64,000 nucleotides of DNA from Acidimicrobiia bacterium (GTDB lineage Bacteria; Actinomycetota; Acidimicrobiia; Acidimicrobiales; Bin134): contig JAJEIJ010000036.1 of the NCBI GenBank assembly GCA_022827725.1, forward strand, positions 990 to 64,989, in the 5' to 3' direction. Below are positions 63,766 to 64,000 of the stretch, in pieces; position 1 is the first letter of the stretch, and each line of letters begins with the position of its first letter. The translations under genes were made by a program, and so were the position numbers. The notes beneath the pieces are model-generated. The model ran no database searches and was not told the origin of the DNA. It worked only from the letters and a program-made list of their open reading frames with translations.

Positions 63766-64000
63766 TCACTCAAACCGAGGCACGCCCTCGGCAGCGGCCG
63801 CCTCATTGAGTTGTTGGTCCAAGCTGGCCAACTCGCAGCCCTCGCGGATCGCCAAGGCCAAGTAACTGGCGTCGTAGGCAGTCAACTGATGGTTTCGGGC
63901 CAACTCCAAGACTTCTCGGTCGTCTGGCTCGCCCGGGCAGCGAATGGGAAGTCGGCGAAGGCGGGCCATGGAAGCGTCGGCATAGCCTTCGTCGATACGG
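63766..64000 (-). CDS. PIN-domain (VapC-like) toxin, 5'-truncated by the window edge
   Basis: The frame stays open upstream of the listed ATG 63969 to the window end. C-terminal LTAYDASYLALAI...LASLD is the PIN motif. Confidence 0.6.
   Translation of the reverse strand, partial: RIDEGYADASMARLRRLPIRCPGEPDDREVLELARNHQLTAYDASYLALAIREGCELASLDQQLNEAAAAEGVPRFE

Overview
High-GC actinobacterial-type chromosomal window. My hand counts of single 60-nt lines give about 75-78% G+C in housekeeping genes. It is densely coding on both strands, with no rRNA, CRISPR array, transposase or integrase found.

Plus-strand core: pseudouridine kinase/glycosidase (psuK-psuG), valS, modABC, and class I ribonucleotide reductase nrdAB.

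Minus-strand core: dnaG, a short PPDK-like gene, glyS, recO, uppS, era, and an HTH-phoH-ybeY-corC operon. Also present are smpB plus tmRNA, an AlkA-like glycosylase, a DinG/XPD-like helicase, and three tRNAs (Val-TAC, Met-CAT, Asn-GTT).

The right half is accessory metabolism:
- An acyl-CoA-type catabolic cluster (AMP-ligase, CoA-transferase, crotonase, amidohydrolase, LLM oxidoreductase, MDR reductase, DinB-like protein, APH-like kinase).
- Two Liv-type ABC uptake systems.
- A CoxLMS-like molybdenum hydroxylase with a second LLM enzyme, an EamA exporter, a SAM methyltransferase and an MFS transporter.

Observations most worth a second look:
1. A roughly 2.9-kb low-GC islet (spot counts about 50-52%) wedged between glyS and recO. 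It carries a GmrSD-like DUF262+DUF1524 nuclease with an extra C-terminal domain, convergent with a minimal hicAB module.
2. A 1008-aa LivH-LivM-LivF triple fusion with no LivG partner at the locus.
3. Met/Asp-rich acidic linkers, including six 18-bp tandem repeats, in both Liv-type lipoprotein binding proteins.
4. A 69-nt tRNA-like minihelix without an anticodon arm, downstream of dnaG.
5. A PPDK lacking its nucleotide-binding domain.
6. A pseudouridine-kinase gene with an apparently stranded half of an HTH domain upstream.

Functional calls rest on motif recognition by eye and on gene context. No database search was run.
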